A stretch of DNA of 64,000 nt from Syntrophothermus sp. DTU052 (GCA_001512495.1 LFRU01000082.1:50775-114774); one strand, 5' to 3'. Shown: positions 47,064 through 56,755, counted from the first letter of the stretch. The notes: a model not told the origin generated them from the letters alone. Numbers and translations: made by a program.

Positions 47064-48292
47064 CTGTCTCTGCCCTCCTTGCGCCGACGTTCTTCGCGCT
47101 CTCGATCATATAAACGCCTGGCCTGATATTCTGCCCTTGATCGCTCTCTTTGAACTGATTGCCAGACTGCCTTCCAAATGGTATTTGCAAGACTGTATTG
47201 GAAAGTGTGTCTGCTTTCACTATTTTCACTATTGTGGGCCAGGTTAACCGCACCCCGGAGCAAATCGTTACAGATCCGGTCTCGCAAATCGTTGTAAGCC
47301 TTTTGCCGGGCTGTTTGAATTTGGCCCGGGTGGTGAGTATAAATCTTGGTGTATTCGGTATGTGCGTTAAGGTATTTTTCAACCTCGGTCGAGAATTGAG
47401 GCTGGCGAAGAAGCCAATCCGCTAATTCTCTCACTTCCTGCTTAACGTGTTCTGGCAAGTAACCCAGGGCTATTCGGCCTCGCCCAGGCATATTAGTACC
47501 CAACACAAGTAGTTTTTGGCCTAGCTGTTCTCGTTGCTGAAATGTCATCCGCGGAGGCAAACCCGGCGGGTCTCCGATTTCAGCACGGACAGCCTCGGAC
47601 TCGCGGTCTAGCTCTCGTTTTAATCCCAAGGCATCCCGCACACCCTTCCGAATCTCTTCACGATAGAAGGTTTTCTCAATTCCAAGACGCTCCCGCTCGC
47701 GGGCGTAAACATAACGCACAAAGGCTTTTTTTACGCCTCGCATTTCACCAACAGACAGCGCGCCTCGGGTCCGCTCAGGATTATGTTCCCAAAAAAGAAT
47801 GTGGCAATGGGGATGGCCCGGCTCTGGGTGGTAAGCTGCTGCCCATCTGAAATTTGACTCAGGAATACCTATTTCTTGAGCTACCCGGGGCATGGCCTGT
47901 TGCAGGGTTTCCTGCCAGTCAGCGTAGTCCAAATGGTTAATTCGACTGGCCTCATCCTCGCGAAGAGACACAATGGCCCGCCAGACAATTCCCTGATGAT
48001 TTGCCAACACGTTCTTTGTTGCGGCAACATCCAACGGTCCATCAGATGAAAAAAGGCCCTCGGAACGGGGTCTTTCGGCCATGTATTTTGCATGCACAGA
48101 GGCATCTTCAATGTATTCTCTTGTCACTGTTTCAGCCGTTGTGGCAGAGGATTCTGGCTCCAAATCTCCGTAATCAACTGCTCCTGGTCGAACAATATAG
48201 TCAATATGGCTAGCGTTTTTGGATTGATTGCTTGCAGACGGCGGGTAAAACTTTATTTTGATAACAAATGGGGCCAGTGCCAGTCTAAACAC
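47060..48292 (-). CDS. relaxase / mobilisation nuclease domain protein (410 aa)
   Basis: N-terminal HIDYIVRPG (candidate catalytic Tyr) and histidine cluster HPEPGHPHCHILFWE. Confidence 0.75.
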   Translation of the reverse strand: MFRLALAPFVIKIKFYPPSASNQSKNASHIDYIVRPGAVDYGDLEPESSATTAETVTREYIEDASVHAKYMAERPRSEGLFSSDGPLDVAATKNVLANHQGIVWRAIVSLREDEASRINHLDYADWQETLQQAMPRVAQEIGIPESNFRWAAAYHPEPGHPHCHILFWEHNPERTRGALSVGEMRGVKKAFVRYVYARERERLGIEKTFYREEIRKGVRDALGLKRELDRESEAVRAEIGDPPGLPPRMTFQQREQLGQKLLVLGTNMPGRGRIALGYLPEHVKQEVRELADWLLRQPQFSTEVEKYLNAHTEYTKIYTHHPGQIQTARQKAYNDLRDRICNDLLRGAVNLAHNSENSESRHTFQYSLANTIWKAVWQSVQRERSRAEYQARRLYDREREERRRKEGRDR

Positions 48293-48302
48293 CTCCTTAA
48301 GG

Positions 48303-48845
48303 TCAAGCTCCGTTAGCCAAAATATTTTGGATTAATGCGTTTTTAACGGCTTTGCGCTCAAGCCGGGACAACATACCACGTGTTCTCTTGGGTTCGTTTT
48401 CCCAAAATAGTATGTGACAGTGAGGATGCCCGGGCTCCGGGTGATAGACCGCAACCCAACAAAAATTTAATGCGGGAATACCAAGTGCAGTAGCTATCAT
48501 GGGCAATGCCCCGCGAAGTGATTTCCTCCATTGTGAGGAATTTATGTGGCCTGTGCATAGTGCGTAAGGCTCCTGCAAAGATACAACCATACGCCATATT
48601 AAGCCTCTATGTTGACGTAGTTTTGCAATAACGCTCCGGCGGTCAGGTTCACCAGTATCATCGAATAAGATAAGACGGTCTGATAGGTGGAGGGGAGTAT
48701 TAAATCGTTCTGGCTCTAAATCCCCATCATCCATTAAAAAAGGTTGGGTGATATACTGGACATTCCTTATCGTTCTATCTCGATTCTGTTTGGTTGCATG
48801 CGAATAAAAGCAAAATTTCATTGAAAATGGTACTGGAGGCGGCAT
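48303..48845 (-). CDS. second, short relaxase-domain paralogue (180 aa)
   Basis: VQYITQP and identical HPEPGHPHCHILFWE cluster; nucleotide sequence diverged from neighbour. Confidence 0.65.
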   Translation of the reverse strand: MPPPVPFSMKFCFYSHATKQNRDRTIRNVQYITQPFLMDDGDLEPERFNTPLHLSDRLILFDDTGEPDRRSVIAKLRQHRGLIWRMVVSLQEPYALCTGHINSSQWRKSLRGALPMIATALGIPALNFCWVAVYHPEPGHPHCHILFWENEPKRTRGMLSRLERKAVKNALIQNILANGA

Positions 48846-49258
48846 TAATTCTCATCCTCCCCTTCGTACGCTTTCATTATTCTGTCTAGGTCTTCTCTAA
48901 CAAAAGCCACGCCTCTCTTACGGCAGGCTTGTCTTACACCTGCGAAATCAGGTTCATTCAAAAGCACTAAAATACGTAATGCAAGATTTTCGGTTGAGGC
49001 CGAGGTGATAGCTGTCTTTGAGGCAAGGTTCGCTAGTCTTTTCTCAATATGGCGTATCTCCCGAACAATGGCCTTGCGTACAGCCAACACTAAAACGTCC
49101 TGGGCATCAACAGCGATCTCGTTCTCCAGGCTCTGCTTCAAAATTCGGCGGACAACCTGCGAAATGTTTTCGCCTCTTTTTCCAGCCATTGTTTGAAGTA
49201 ACCGGTATGTTTTTTCATCCACGCGGACATTAATTCTTCGCCCCGATTTTAGCTCCAC
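48845..49258 (-). CDS. ribbon-helix-helix-like relaxosome accessory candidate
   Basis: AAAGGAGGT SD 6 nt before GTG 49258; RRINVRVDEKTYRLLQTMAGKRGENISQVVRRIL fits beta-alpha-alpha RHH pattern. Confidence 0.5.
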   Translation of the reverse strand: MELKSGRRINVRVDEKTYRLLQTMAGKRGENISQVVRRILKQSLENEIAVDAQDVLVLAVRKAIVREIRHIEKRLANLASKTAITSASTENLALRILVLLNEPDFAGVRQACRKRGVAFVREDLDRIMKAYEGEDEN

Positions 49259-49465
49259 GAAATACCTCCTTTCTGGGAGGAGTAGGGGAAAACAGCTTTG
49301 CGACAATTTGTCATCGTTAAAAACTATAGCATTACAGCCCTCCTTTCTTGACTTGTCAGACACATCTTGTACAACCATAAAAATGTCGTACACCCTTAAA
49401 CGCCTCCCCAACCGGCTTTGCCGGGTGTGTGTCAGACCTTCTTATCCTGCATTAGCAAAAGCAGC

Positions 49466-49804
49466 CTAAAATCCATACAGCAGCCCAGTCACTTGCGATA
49501 ATGATAGGGAATACATATTAATACCTCCCGTTATAGATTCAAGCCCAGCCAACAAAACAAAATTGAGTGCGTAAAATATCAACCCGAACACAATTACTGA
49601 GGCTACCATGCTCCCAAAAACCTGGCCGAGATAAATTTGCAAGACACACTTTAAAATCTGCTGCAGAATAATCACAGCAGATAACATCAAAAGAGCGAGT
49701 AGAATGAAAACCTTGAGTGATTCAAATAAACCTTGAGGGTCTATCCCAACCACGAAAGCACCTCCTCGAAAAACAAACGCCGGGATTTTCCCGGCACTAT
49801 CCAA
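49466..49804 (-). CDS. membrane protein (112 aa)
   Basis: three hydrophobic helices; overlaps upstream ORF by 8 nt. Confidence 0.4.
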   Translation of the reverse strand: MDSAGKIPAFVFRGGAFVVGIDPQGLFESLKVFILLALLMLSAVIILQQILKCVLQIYLGQVFGSMVASVIVFGLIFYALNFVLLAGLESITGGINMYSLSLSQVTGLLYGF

Positions 49805-50102
49805 AATAACTTAAAAACTCCTCCTTATCGAAATTAATCTTCGGCCCACTTCCACTAGGCTCGGACTTAACCGTAGTTGGTGGATTTGCCTCTAATATCG
49901 CCAGAATTCGCTCCACCTGCTGCTCCAAGCGCTCCAGCCTGACTCCACAATCTAACCATGATCGGGCTACCTCACCTCTTTTGCCCGGTTCAATCAAAAA
50001 CAACGGATGGTCTATTGGCAGACGTACACCTACGATCTTTGTTCGCTTTACAGTAATCACCCCCCCTAATGTTAACACCAATGTTAACGCCCAAATTTGC
50101 AA
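49797..50102 (-). CDS. hypothetical protein, possible small DNA-binding protein; start uncertain
   Basis: KIVGVRLPIDHP... then helical region; no convincing SD for TTG 50102, so the 5' end may be shorter. Confidence 0.35.
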   Translation of the reverse strand: MQIWALTLVLTLGGVITVKRTKIVGVRLPIDHPLFLIEPGKRGEVARSWLDCGVRLERLEQQVERILAILEANPPTTVKSEPSGSGPKINFDKEEFLSYFG

Positions 50103-50306
50103 TTATTCTCATTCTTGAGGCATCGGACAAAGACAATGTTAACAGTGTTGTTAATAACGTACGCACTGTTAACAACACCTTCAAAAAACAGGCCCGAAGG
50201 CCCAATAAATCAACATATTGTATGTTTACACCATACAGGGGCTGTGTTAACGACAGGCAAAAAGTGTGCGGCAATATAGGCAACCAAGGCTCATAAAAGC
50301 GTTAAC
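50071..50306. promoter_or_regulatory. cluster of six GTTAAC palindromes (candidate operator array or oriT-associated sites)
   Basis: GTTAAC at 50071, 50083, 50138, 50168, 50246, 50301; five of six preceded by TG/T (TGTTAAC); plus degenerate gttaataac at 50149. Confidence 0.6.
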
Positions 50307-50325
50307 AATAATAATCCGAGAATCA

Positions 50326-50799
50326 TCATTCAATGGCATTTAGAAACGCCTTGGAGATAATATAGCCTAATAAAGCCAAGCCCAGTGATATAACTACTGG
50401 ACCTTGAAATACAGACAACACACGCTGTATCTCCCAAAACATTCCCGGCTGGAGAATTACCCAACAGATCGCCAAAATACCGAGAACGAGGCCGGCCATA
50501 AGGTAAATGCCTGTAAGCGTGTCGTCTCTCTTGGGACAGTGTATCTCAAACCAGTCCTCTATCCAGGTCCACTCTTTTCCGTTCCGGTAGTTGCTCTGTT
50601 GGTATGTACTCTGCGTCTGTTCCGGCGGGTTTTGGGCCACAGCATATGCCTGCTGAAGCCGGACAAAATCGTCATGACTTCCGCCTGCGTCCGGGTGATA
50701 AACGCGGCATAGTTTTCTATACGCCGCTTTAATTTCATCTTTAGAAGGGCACGAATGGCAATTCAACCCAAGAACCTCGAGCGCCTCCATATAGGTCAC
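50326..50799 (-). CDS. J-domain protein with C-terminal transmembrane helices
   Basis: AYRKLCRVYHPDAGGS (HPD motif), two C-terminal TM helices; AGGGGG SD before GTG start. Confidence 0.8.
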   Translation of the reverse strand: MTYMEALEVLGLNCHSCPSKDEIKAAYRKLCRVYHPDAGGSHDDFVRLQQAYAVAQNPPEQTQSTYQQSNYRNGKEWTWIEDWFEIHCPKRDDTLTGIYLMAGLVLGILAICWVILQPGMFWEIQRVLSVFQGPVVISLGLALLGYIISKAFLNAIE

Positions 50800-50817
50800 A
50801 AGATCGCCCCCTGTTCA

Positions 50818-51519
50818 TTATTTAATGTCGATATAAACAATGCTGGACTTATCGAGGCCAAGTCGTTCAACATAGTTGTTTATATGTTCCTCGAACGGCT
50901 TCTTTTTGAGTTCCTCTGTATGAGGCATAATTAACAAAACTGATCGCTGCATGTGCCTTTCGCTAGCAGCCCAGTAAATGCTACGACTTCGGTCTTTCAC
51001 GTATAGAAAGTAGTATCCATCCTGACCTTTTCGATTTTCGTATGCAGTACACCACGGCTCATTTTTTATATCGGGGGAGTGTACGCGGAACACAATAATT
51101 TTGCCGAGATATTCAGGGCGGCTTAAGGTCAACATATCAAAAGTCTTCGTACCGTTTTTTAGCATAAAATCGCGGTAATACCATCTATAATTTGGACTGG
51201 TTGTATCACAAACATCATCGGTATTAACGTTATCGTAAAATACTGCGCAGCCGAAGCTCCCAGCAAAATATGCTATGTCGCGAGCCTCATCGTAGTAACC
51301 TGTCCAACACTCCGTCCCGCCTATATCCTGTTCTGTTGTCATACAAAATATGTTTTGCAGAAAAGCCTTCATTTCTTCCGGGTCCTCTTCCGGGTCAGGC
51401 TTCAGTGTAGCAGGATCTCCTTCAGATAATAGCGGGGTATTCTTTGCAATAAACACCCCGCCAAAAAGTATAGTTATCAGAAAAAGAAAAGCTAATAAAC
51501 GCCTTTTATGTTTCGCCAT
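50818..51519 (-). CDS. secreted or membrane-anchored hypothetical protein (233 aa)
   Basis: N-terminal RRLLAFLFLITILFGGVFIA signal/anchor, several Cys; no recognised motif. Confidence 0.45.
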   Translation of the reverse strand: MAKHKRRLLAFLFLITILFGGVFIAKNTPLLSEGDPATLKPDPEEDPEEMKAFLQNIFCMTTEQDIGGTECWTGYYDEARDIAYFAGSFGCAVFYDNVNTDDVCDTTSPNYRWYYRDFMLKNGTKTFDMLTLSRPEYLGKIIVFRVHSPDIKNEPWCTAYENRKGQDGYYFLYVKDRSRSIYWAASERHMQRSVLLIMPHTEELKKKPFEEHINNYVERLGLDKSSIVYIDIK

Positions 51520-51533
51520 AATATCCTCCTTAA

Positions 51534-52322
51534 TTACGTATTACAGCTTTCTTTTGCTTTCCCAAATACTCTCTTTAGGCTCTCAAACTGAACTTCATCG
51601 GAAACGTACTGCTTCTGAAAAAAGTTTGCCGCCTTTCTCAGATCCCTTTCTTCAACCCCACATAAATGGGCCACATGGGTAGCAGTCCGACAGTGGACGA
51701 GAAGAGAATCTGGATAACGCCAAGTTGCTGGTCGGATACCAATACAACATATACGACGTTCTCCGTCCGAGGGATTCCAGGGGCCATTACTACCTCCTTT
51801 TCTATCGCCATCCGGCTCTTCCACTCGCGCCTTTCGCAGCAGGTATTTCTTTGCGGCTTCCATTACTTCTTCCTTAAACCCTGCGTCCTGGCCGCGCTCA
51901 AAAAGAACCTCCCAGTCCAACTCACGCAGTTCTCGTGGAGTATAAAGGAATTCTCGGGGGAGGTCAGGCGGTGCGCCCTCTAGAAAAAAAACATGCGCCC
52001 CTTGCCATCGCCGCAAATAGGCGGCAACATCCTTGAATTTATCACGATCATCTGTTGCGCCAATTAGATGAAGTTTTTGATTTGGCAAAACTAAATACCA
52101 GTTGCGACCAGGCTGTCCATCTCCAACCGCTCCCCGGATTTCTAAAACATCTCCGGGATTCACGTTGCCGTTAAATTCGACCATAACCGAGTCATGCTCA
52201 TACTTTACCCGCCCTCGCTCAAGAAACTTGCGCTCGAATGTATCACCTTGCCAATATAGATTACAAACGTATGGGAAATCTTCTTTCGCTTTGCCTCCCG
52301 TAACAGTTATGTACAGATACAA
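51534..52322 (-). CDS. hypothetical protein (262 aa)
   Basis: AAGGAGGT SD 8 nt before TTG start; Cys/His-rich C-terminal part; no recognised motif. Confidence 0.45.
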   Translation of the reverse strand: MYLYITVTGGKAKEDFPYVCNLYWQGDTFERKFLERGRVKYEHDSVMVEFNGNVNPGDVLEIRGAVGDGQPGRNWYLVLPNQKLHLIGATDDRDKFKDVAAYLRRWQGAHVFFLEGAPPDLPREFLYTPRELRELDWEVLFERGQDAGFKEEVMEAAKKYLLRKARVEEPDGDRKGGSNGPWNPSDGERRICCIGIRPATWRYPDSLLVHCRTATHVAHLCGVEERDLRKAANFFQKQYVSDEVQFESLKRVFGKAKESCNT

Positions 52323-52365
52323 TCAAACATACCTCCTTACTGTTAAAACTGAAATACTTAACATC

Positions 52366-52686
52366 CTACATACACCTACTGCGCAAATAACGCTTTTTGG
52401 CCTCTTTTCGCTCCCACGCCATTCGTGCCCGGTTGCCAAGAAACGTAATGACTACCGCCTCTTGTGGTGAAAGCAACTTAGCCAGCACTCCAAGGCCGTT
52501 AAAAACGTATGAATGAACCCTTTCTCCCTTTGGCGGATGCCTGCCGACAACCTCGCCTCTCAGGACGATGTTCTGAAGGATTTTCCTTATTTCGTCATCC
52601 GAGATAGAGCTTTGCATACGCTCTTTGTAGCGTCGTATTGCATGGGCGGTTACTTCTACGTGCATACTTTCACCACCTGTTTTCAT
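52366..52686 (-). CDS. hypothetical protein in ParR position (106 aa)
   Basis: ATGA start/stop overlap with parM; HAIRRYKER motif reminds me of DUF4258-type small proteins rather than RHH ParR. Confidence 0.4.
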   Translation of the reverse strand: MKTGGESMHVEVTAHAIRRYKERMQSSISDDEIRKILQNIVLRGEVVGRHPPKGERVHSYVFNGLGVLAKLLSPQEAVVITFLGNRARMAWERKEAKKRYLRSRCM

Positions 52687-53702
52687 GTTAAAAACCTCAG
52701 ATACCCCCTTGCATTTGCAAAGAACGGGTCCTGGACTATATACTGGCCGGGAAAGCCTTTAAGGTTCTGCCGGAAGAACAACGCTCCCCCTCCGGCCAGC
52801 AGGGTCGTTTCAATATGGCCCGTCCTGTTTCCCCAGGCTGCCAGCACCTTCTGGCAGATCGCCAGGGCGACATCTTCTCTAGCCTGAGCAGCATTAAGCG
52901 TGTGCTTCTTCCCGTCGAAGGTTATCTGCTCACCTCTTAAAGCCTTCTCTGTCACCTCCGCTTCCATCTCCACCGGCAGGGGGCTGCCAGTTTTGCTCTG
53001 AAACTCCCGCGCAACAGCCGAGTAAACCAAATGGACGCCGGCCTCTACAGAACCGCTTGCCTCCAGTATCGGGATCGGCTGCCCGGATTTCATCTGGAAC
53101 AGAATGTACTCGGTCGTATAAGTGCCAATATCAATCAGCCCGACGTACCCGGAGAGAGGCAGCATAGACTGGCAGCACAGAAGCACGCCTGCTCCCTGGG
53201 GGAACACCTCTACGCGGTTGAAACTTATATGCTTGTGCCTTTCTTTAATTACCACGTCGGTCTTAAGCCTCATCAACCTGTTCCTCAGGGCGTCCTTCTG
53301 GGCGGAGTAATAAGCCAGCGGGAGACCTACTCCGATCTCCAGCCGGCCGTCTTCTCCTGAAAGCAGGTATGCTGCCGTCATCAATAGAGGGTCATGTATC
53401 TCCGGCGGCTTCTCTCTGCTCATCGTCTGGGTTGCCAGGAATGATTGTTTGGCCGCATCCCCGACCATGTATTTTGACTGGTCTATCGTGACCTGGTACT
53501 CAACCGTGTCCTTGAAAACGTCTCCCAGCCCCAAACCGTTCCCGGTAGGAGCAATCATCGCCGGGAAGGAGGTTTTCTGTCCTTCGTCGTTAATAGCCTT
53601 TACGTATCCGTAGCCAACGTCGATCCCAATTTTCAACCTACCAACTCCTTTCAAATAATCAGCCTCCCCTGACACGGGGAGGCTGACTGATAATGCTTCC
53701 AA
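52683..53702 (-). CDS. parM: ParM/StbA-type actin-like segregation ATPase
   Basis: phosphate-1 IGIDVGYGYVKA, phosphate-2 LIDIGTYTTEY, adenosine LLAGGGA. Confidence 0.85.
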   Translation of the reverse strand: MEALSVSLPVSGEADYLKGVGRLKIGIDVGYGYVKAINDEGQKTSFPAMIAPTGNGLGLGDVFKDTVEYQVTIDQSKYMVGDAAKQSFLATQTMSREKPPEIHDPLLMTAAYLLSGEDGRLEIGVGLPLAYYSAQKDALRNRLMRLKTDVVIKERHKHISFNRVEVFPQGAGVLLCCQSMLPLSGYVGLIDIGTYTTEYILFQMKSGQPIPILEASGSVEAGVHLVYSAVAREFQSKTGSPLPVEMEAEVTEKALRGEQITFDGKKHTLNAAQAREDVALAICQKVLAAWGNRTGHIETTLLAGGGALFFRQNLKGFPGQYIVQDPFFANARGYLRFLT

Positions 53703-53804
53703 AACAAATCTCTCGCCTTACAGGAGCTTCGTAGAGCGACGATTATGTTTCTCCTATACCCCTTTATTGCCCCTCTTGTTTAAGAGGGTTTTTGCGCCAA
53801 TATG

Positions 53805-54038
53805 TTAAAGATTGGCCGCCTTTTCTGAATACTTTCCAATCTGAAAGTAAGCCAGCGCACTGGAGGTGAATTCGCAATTGTAGTAATTGGGGTTATTGTC
53901 CCCAATCCTCTGCTGGCAGACAGGGCATAGCAGCACAACCAAGCTGTTGCGTTCTCTCAAATGTACCATCGGTTTTAGAACCTGCTCCGGCATAAGTTTG
54001 TCACAACCATAGCACTTTTGACTTATCAACAAACACAC
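53805..54038 (-). CDS. zinc-ribbon-like small protein
   Basis: CYGC ... CPVC cysteine pairs. Confidence 0.4.
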   Translation of the reverse strand: MCLLISQKCYGCDKLMPEQVLKPMVHLRERNSLVVLLCPVCQQRIGDNNPNYYNCEFTSSALAYFQIGKYSEKAANL

Positions 54039-54081
54039 TCCTTTTTACAAGATCATTGGTTGCGGAATGAACTGAAATGTG

Positions 54082-54372
54082 TCATTCATTTCCCTCGCTG
54101 TCCTTTATTTCTCCCGATAGATATAGTTTTGCATATACTGCTGGCCTGAGTTTTGGGACAAGTCTTTTCTCCCCATCTTCACGTGCCCGCTTTGCCTGAT
54201 CGGCGTAAAGCACGCCGATTGGTGAAATACTTACTTCCTTTCCCTCGCGAAGGTGCCGAAGAATGTTTTTCACGAAATAATCCTGAATCAGTTCTGATGC
54301 TTCAGTACGGAACACTCCCATCGCGTCTGCTGCTTCTTCAATTAGCTGGCTCATATTTACTTTTTGAGTCAT
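54082..54372 (-). CDS. HU/IHF-like DNA-binding protein candidate
   Basis: length and pattern MSQLIEEAA...ILRHLREGKEVSISPIGVLY parallel HU helix-helix-beta-arm layout; weak. Confidence 0.45.
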   Translation of the reverse strand: MTQKVNMSQLIEEAADAMGVFRTEASELIQDYFVKNILRHLREGKEVSISPIGVLYADQAKRAREDGEKRLVPKLRPAVYAKLYLSGEIKDSEGNE

Positions 54373-54409
54373 TGCATCACCCCCCTTGAATTTTTTGAAT
54401 TAAAAATCT

Positions 54410-56677
54410 TTATCCGGTTTTCGTTTTCGTGAGCGACACCGTTTTTCCGATGCCAGCAAACTCATGCTCCGGGAAATCCTCAATACGGCCAGTAGCCCCA
54501 TCAAAAAGAAGAGGCACGGCCTTATTCACGTTCCCAAAATGCCTGTTCTTTAAGATTGAGACCTCAAGCAGACTCTTACCCTGTTCTAGTGCGTAATTTA
54601 CAGCCTTTTCAGTTTCAGTCTGGTCGGTTTTCATATACCAACCGTCGATCGGGACATCACCTTTTTCGTCTGATGTAATTGCCACCATTGATGAATTCCA
54701 AACGCCAAGTACCATAGAAGAGTAATGTTCGATAGTAGCAGAATGACGGGCATATACGATTTCGGGTTTCGCAGTATTTTTGGCTTCCCGATTCATCTGT
54801 CCCAGAGCAATAACATACTTGCGGTTTTCCCAGCACCAAAAGTTCAGGGTCTCAAGTACATACTCAATTTCCTCGTCTCTGGTTCGATATTTTTTGCCGT
54901 CCCCGGAAGGTCGTAATTGTTGGATATAATCAACAATAAGAACATCAGCATCAGCTTGACTGCAATAGGAAACAAGGGAGTCAATTTCGACAAAATCACG
55001 AGCCTCTGGAATATAGAGATTTTGACAATATGACTCCATTATTGCCCGCGCATATAGCATGCTTTTTACAACCGGGTCACCACGATAATATATGGACTGT
55101 TCTCTTGCCACACCAGAAAATGGCAAATTTGCCAGATAAGCGGTCATCTTTTGGACAATTACGTCCTCCGGTATCTCACCTGACCAATACACCACTTTTT
55201 TGCCTTCGGCGAGAAAATGGAGGGCTAAAGCCGTTGCCACACTTGTTTTGCCGTGACTCGTCCCACCTATGATAGTTGTGATACAGCCGGGCAACATTTT
55301 CCCGAGACGATTTAGTTCCCGCCAAGGGAAAGATATGCCGTCAGGACGCGACAAGAATTTTTGAGTCGCGCAGTCATAATCAACTGCTACCGGCTGCACC
55401 TTCTGTCTTGAGATATTGCGGATGTCAGTTATTATAGTCTCAAACTGCGAATAATCTTTTTTATTCACCGCCTCCTGTGCCTGTTGGAGGCGTTTTTCTA
55501 TTTCTTGGTGCCGACGCTTGGCTTGCTCTTCATCATGGAGCCTCGCAATTTCGGCTCTTAAACTGCCAAGAGACAAGCCTGTGCAGCTAGATAGCATTGT
55601 TAAGCTGCGCTCCTGATCCAGCATAGAGGGTAGGTGGGTAATATACTTTACTGCCTTACTCAGCGTTTTGTCTTTTTCAGCATCAGTCTCAGTCGCATAG
55701 TTCTTCGCGACATAACGAATATAAAATGAATGAGCACTTTCGGCGTGTTCTAGTTTTTCGCGGAAAGCAGAGATGCCTTTCTCCCGGATTAATTCGTCCG
55801 GATCCTTTGCGCCATCCAGGTCCGAAACAACATAAACTCTCCGGTTTTGTAACATCCATACTGCTTTTACAGTTCCTTTCTGTCCTGCCTCATCCACATC
55901 TAGAACAAGTATAATATTTTGGTTTTCGGGCAGACGCGAAATCTGTTCTGCAGAAATTGAAGATGTACCAACTGCCGCCGCCTGAATACCGTGTGCGCTC
56001 AGGACAATTGCATCGAAAAGCCCTTCGACAATAACGATTGGCTGTGTTTGGTCAACCCGACGAACTCCCAAAAGATAACGGGAAACGGAAAACCCTTTTG
56101 GGTATATGTATTTTGGCCCTTTTCCTGGTTCGACTGCCCGGCCGACACAGGCAACCAGCTGTCCTTTCCGATAGACAGGAAATAGAAGGGGATGACTGAT
56201 TGCTGGGGCCATGACTCCCTCTGGGATGGCATCGCCTGGGAAAGTCCCCACGTCCATTTTTTGGATAAGATCATCGGTATATCCCCGATCGCGGAGGTAG
56301 GTTAGTATATTAGGATTGTCCCAAACTGCCTGCCTAGCGGCTTCCCACCAGGCACGTATTGCCTTAGATTTGGGGTTTTCTGCAAAAGTAAGGGGCTCCA
56401 CCCCGGCTAACCGTGCGAGCTCTTCAATTACCCGGTCTTTTCCAACCCGGTTTTCAACAGCTGCGTACCAGCCCACGTTGGCATCGCAACCGAAACAGTG
56501 TCCGAAAGGTTGTCCCTCTTTCATGTTGAAGGACGGGGTTTTCTCGTCATGTACCGGACAACATGCCCAAAAATCCCGACCCCTTTTGTTAAATTTTTCC
56601 AGATGCCCAAAAACGATTTCATGGCGGAGGCGAGGGTAAACGACGTCGTCCAGCCAAATTGTTAGATCGTTCTTCAC
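54410..56677 (-). CDS. primase - replicative helicase fusion (CHC2 zinc finger, Toprim, DnaB/RepA-like ATPase)
   Basis: CCPVHDEKTPSF...HCFGC; Toprim IVEGLFDAIV and VLDVDEAG; Walker A GGTSHGKTS, Walker B VLIVDYIQQL; GTG start. Confidence 0.9.
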   Translation of the reverse strand: MKNDLTIWLDDVVYPRLRHEIVFGHLEKFNKRGRDFWACCPVHDEKTPSFNMKEGQPFGHCFGCDANVGWYAAVENRVGKDRVIEELARLAGVEPLTFAENPKSKAIRAWWEAARQAVWDNPNILTYLRDRGYTDDLIQKMDVGTFPGDAIPEGVMAPAISHPLLFPVYRKGQLVACVGRAVEPGKGPKYIYPKGFSVSRYLLGVRRVDQTQPIVIVEGLFDAIVLSAHGIQAAAVGTSSISAEQISRLPENQNIILVLDVDEAGQKGTVKAVWMLQNRRVYVVSDLDGAKDPDELIREKGISAFREKLEHAESAHSFYIRYVAKNYATETDAEKDKTLSKAVKYITHLPSMLDQERSLTMLSSCTGLSLGSLRAEIARLHDEEQAKRRHQEIEKRLQQAQEAVNKKDYSQFETIITDIRNISRQKVQPVAVDYDCATQKFLSRPDGISFPWRELNRLGKMLPGCITTIIGGTSHGKTSVATALALHFLAEGKKVVYWSGEIPEDVIVQKMTAYLANLPFSGVAREQSIYYRGDPVVKSMLYARAIMESYCQNLYIPEARDFVEIDSLVSYCSQADADVLIVDYIQQLRPSGDGKKYRTRDEEIEYVLETLNFWCWENRKYVIALGQMNREAKNTAKPEIVYARHSATIEHYSSMVLGVWNSSMVAITSDEKGDVPIDGWYMKTDQTETEKAVNYALEQGKSLLEVSILKNRHFGNVNKAVPLLFDGATGRIEDFPEHEFAGIGKTVSLTKTKTG

Positions 56678-56715
56678 GAGATTTTCTCCTTTCTTTTATC
56701 TTTCTTTTAAGAATA

Positions 56716-56748
56716 GAGAGAGGGCCGCCTCTTCTGCGGCCCTCTCTC
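56716..56748 (-). terminator. perfect 13-bp GC-rich hairpin between iterons and primase gene
   Basis: gagagagggccgc - ctcttct - gcggccctctctc. Confidence 0.5.
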
Positions 56749-56755
56749 ATCTATT

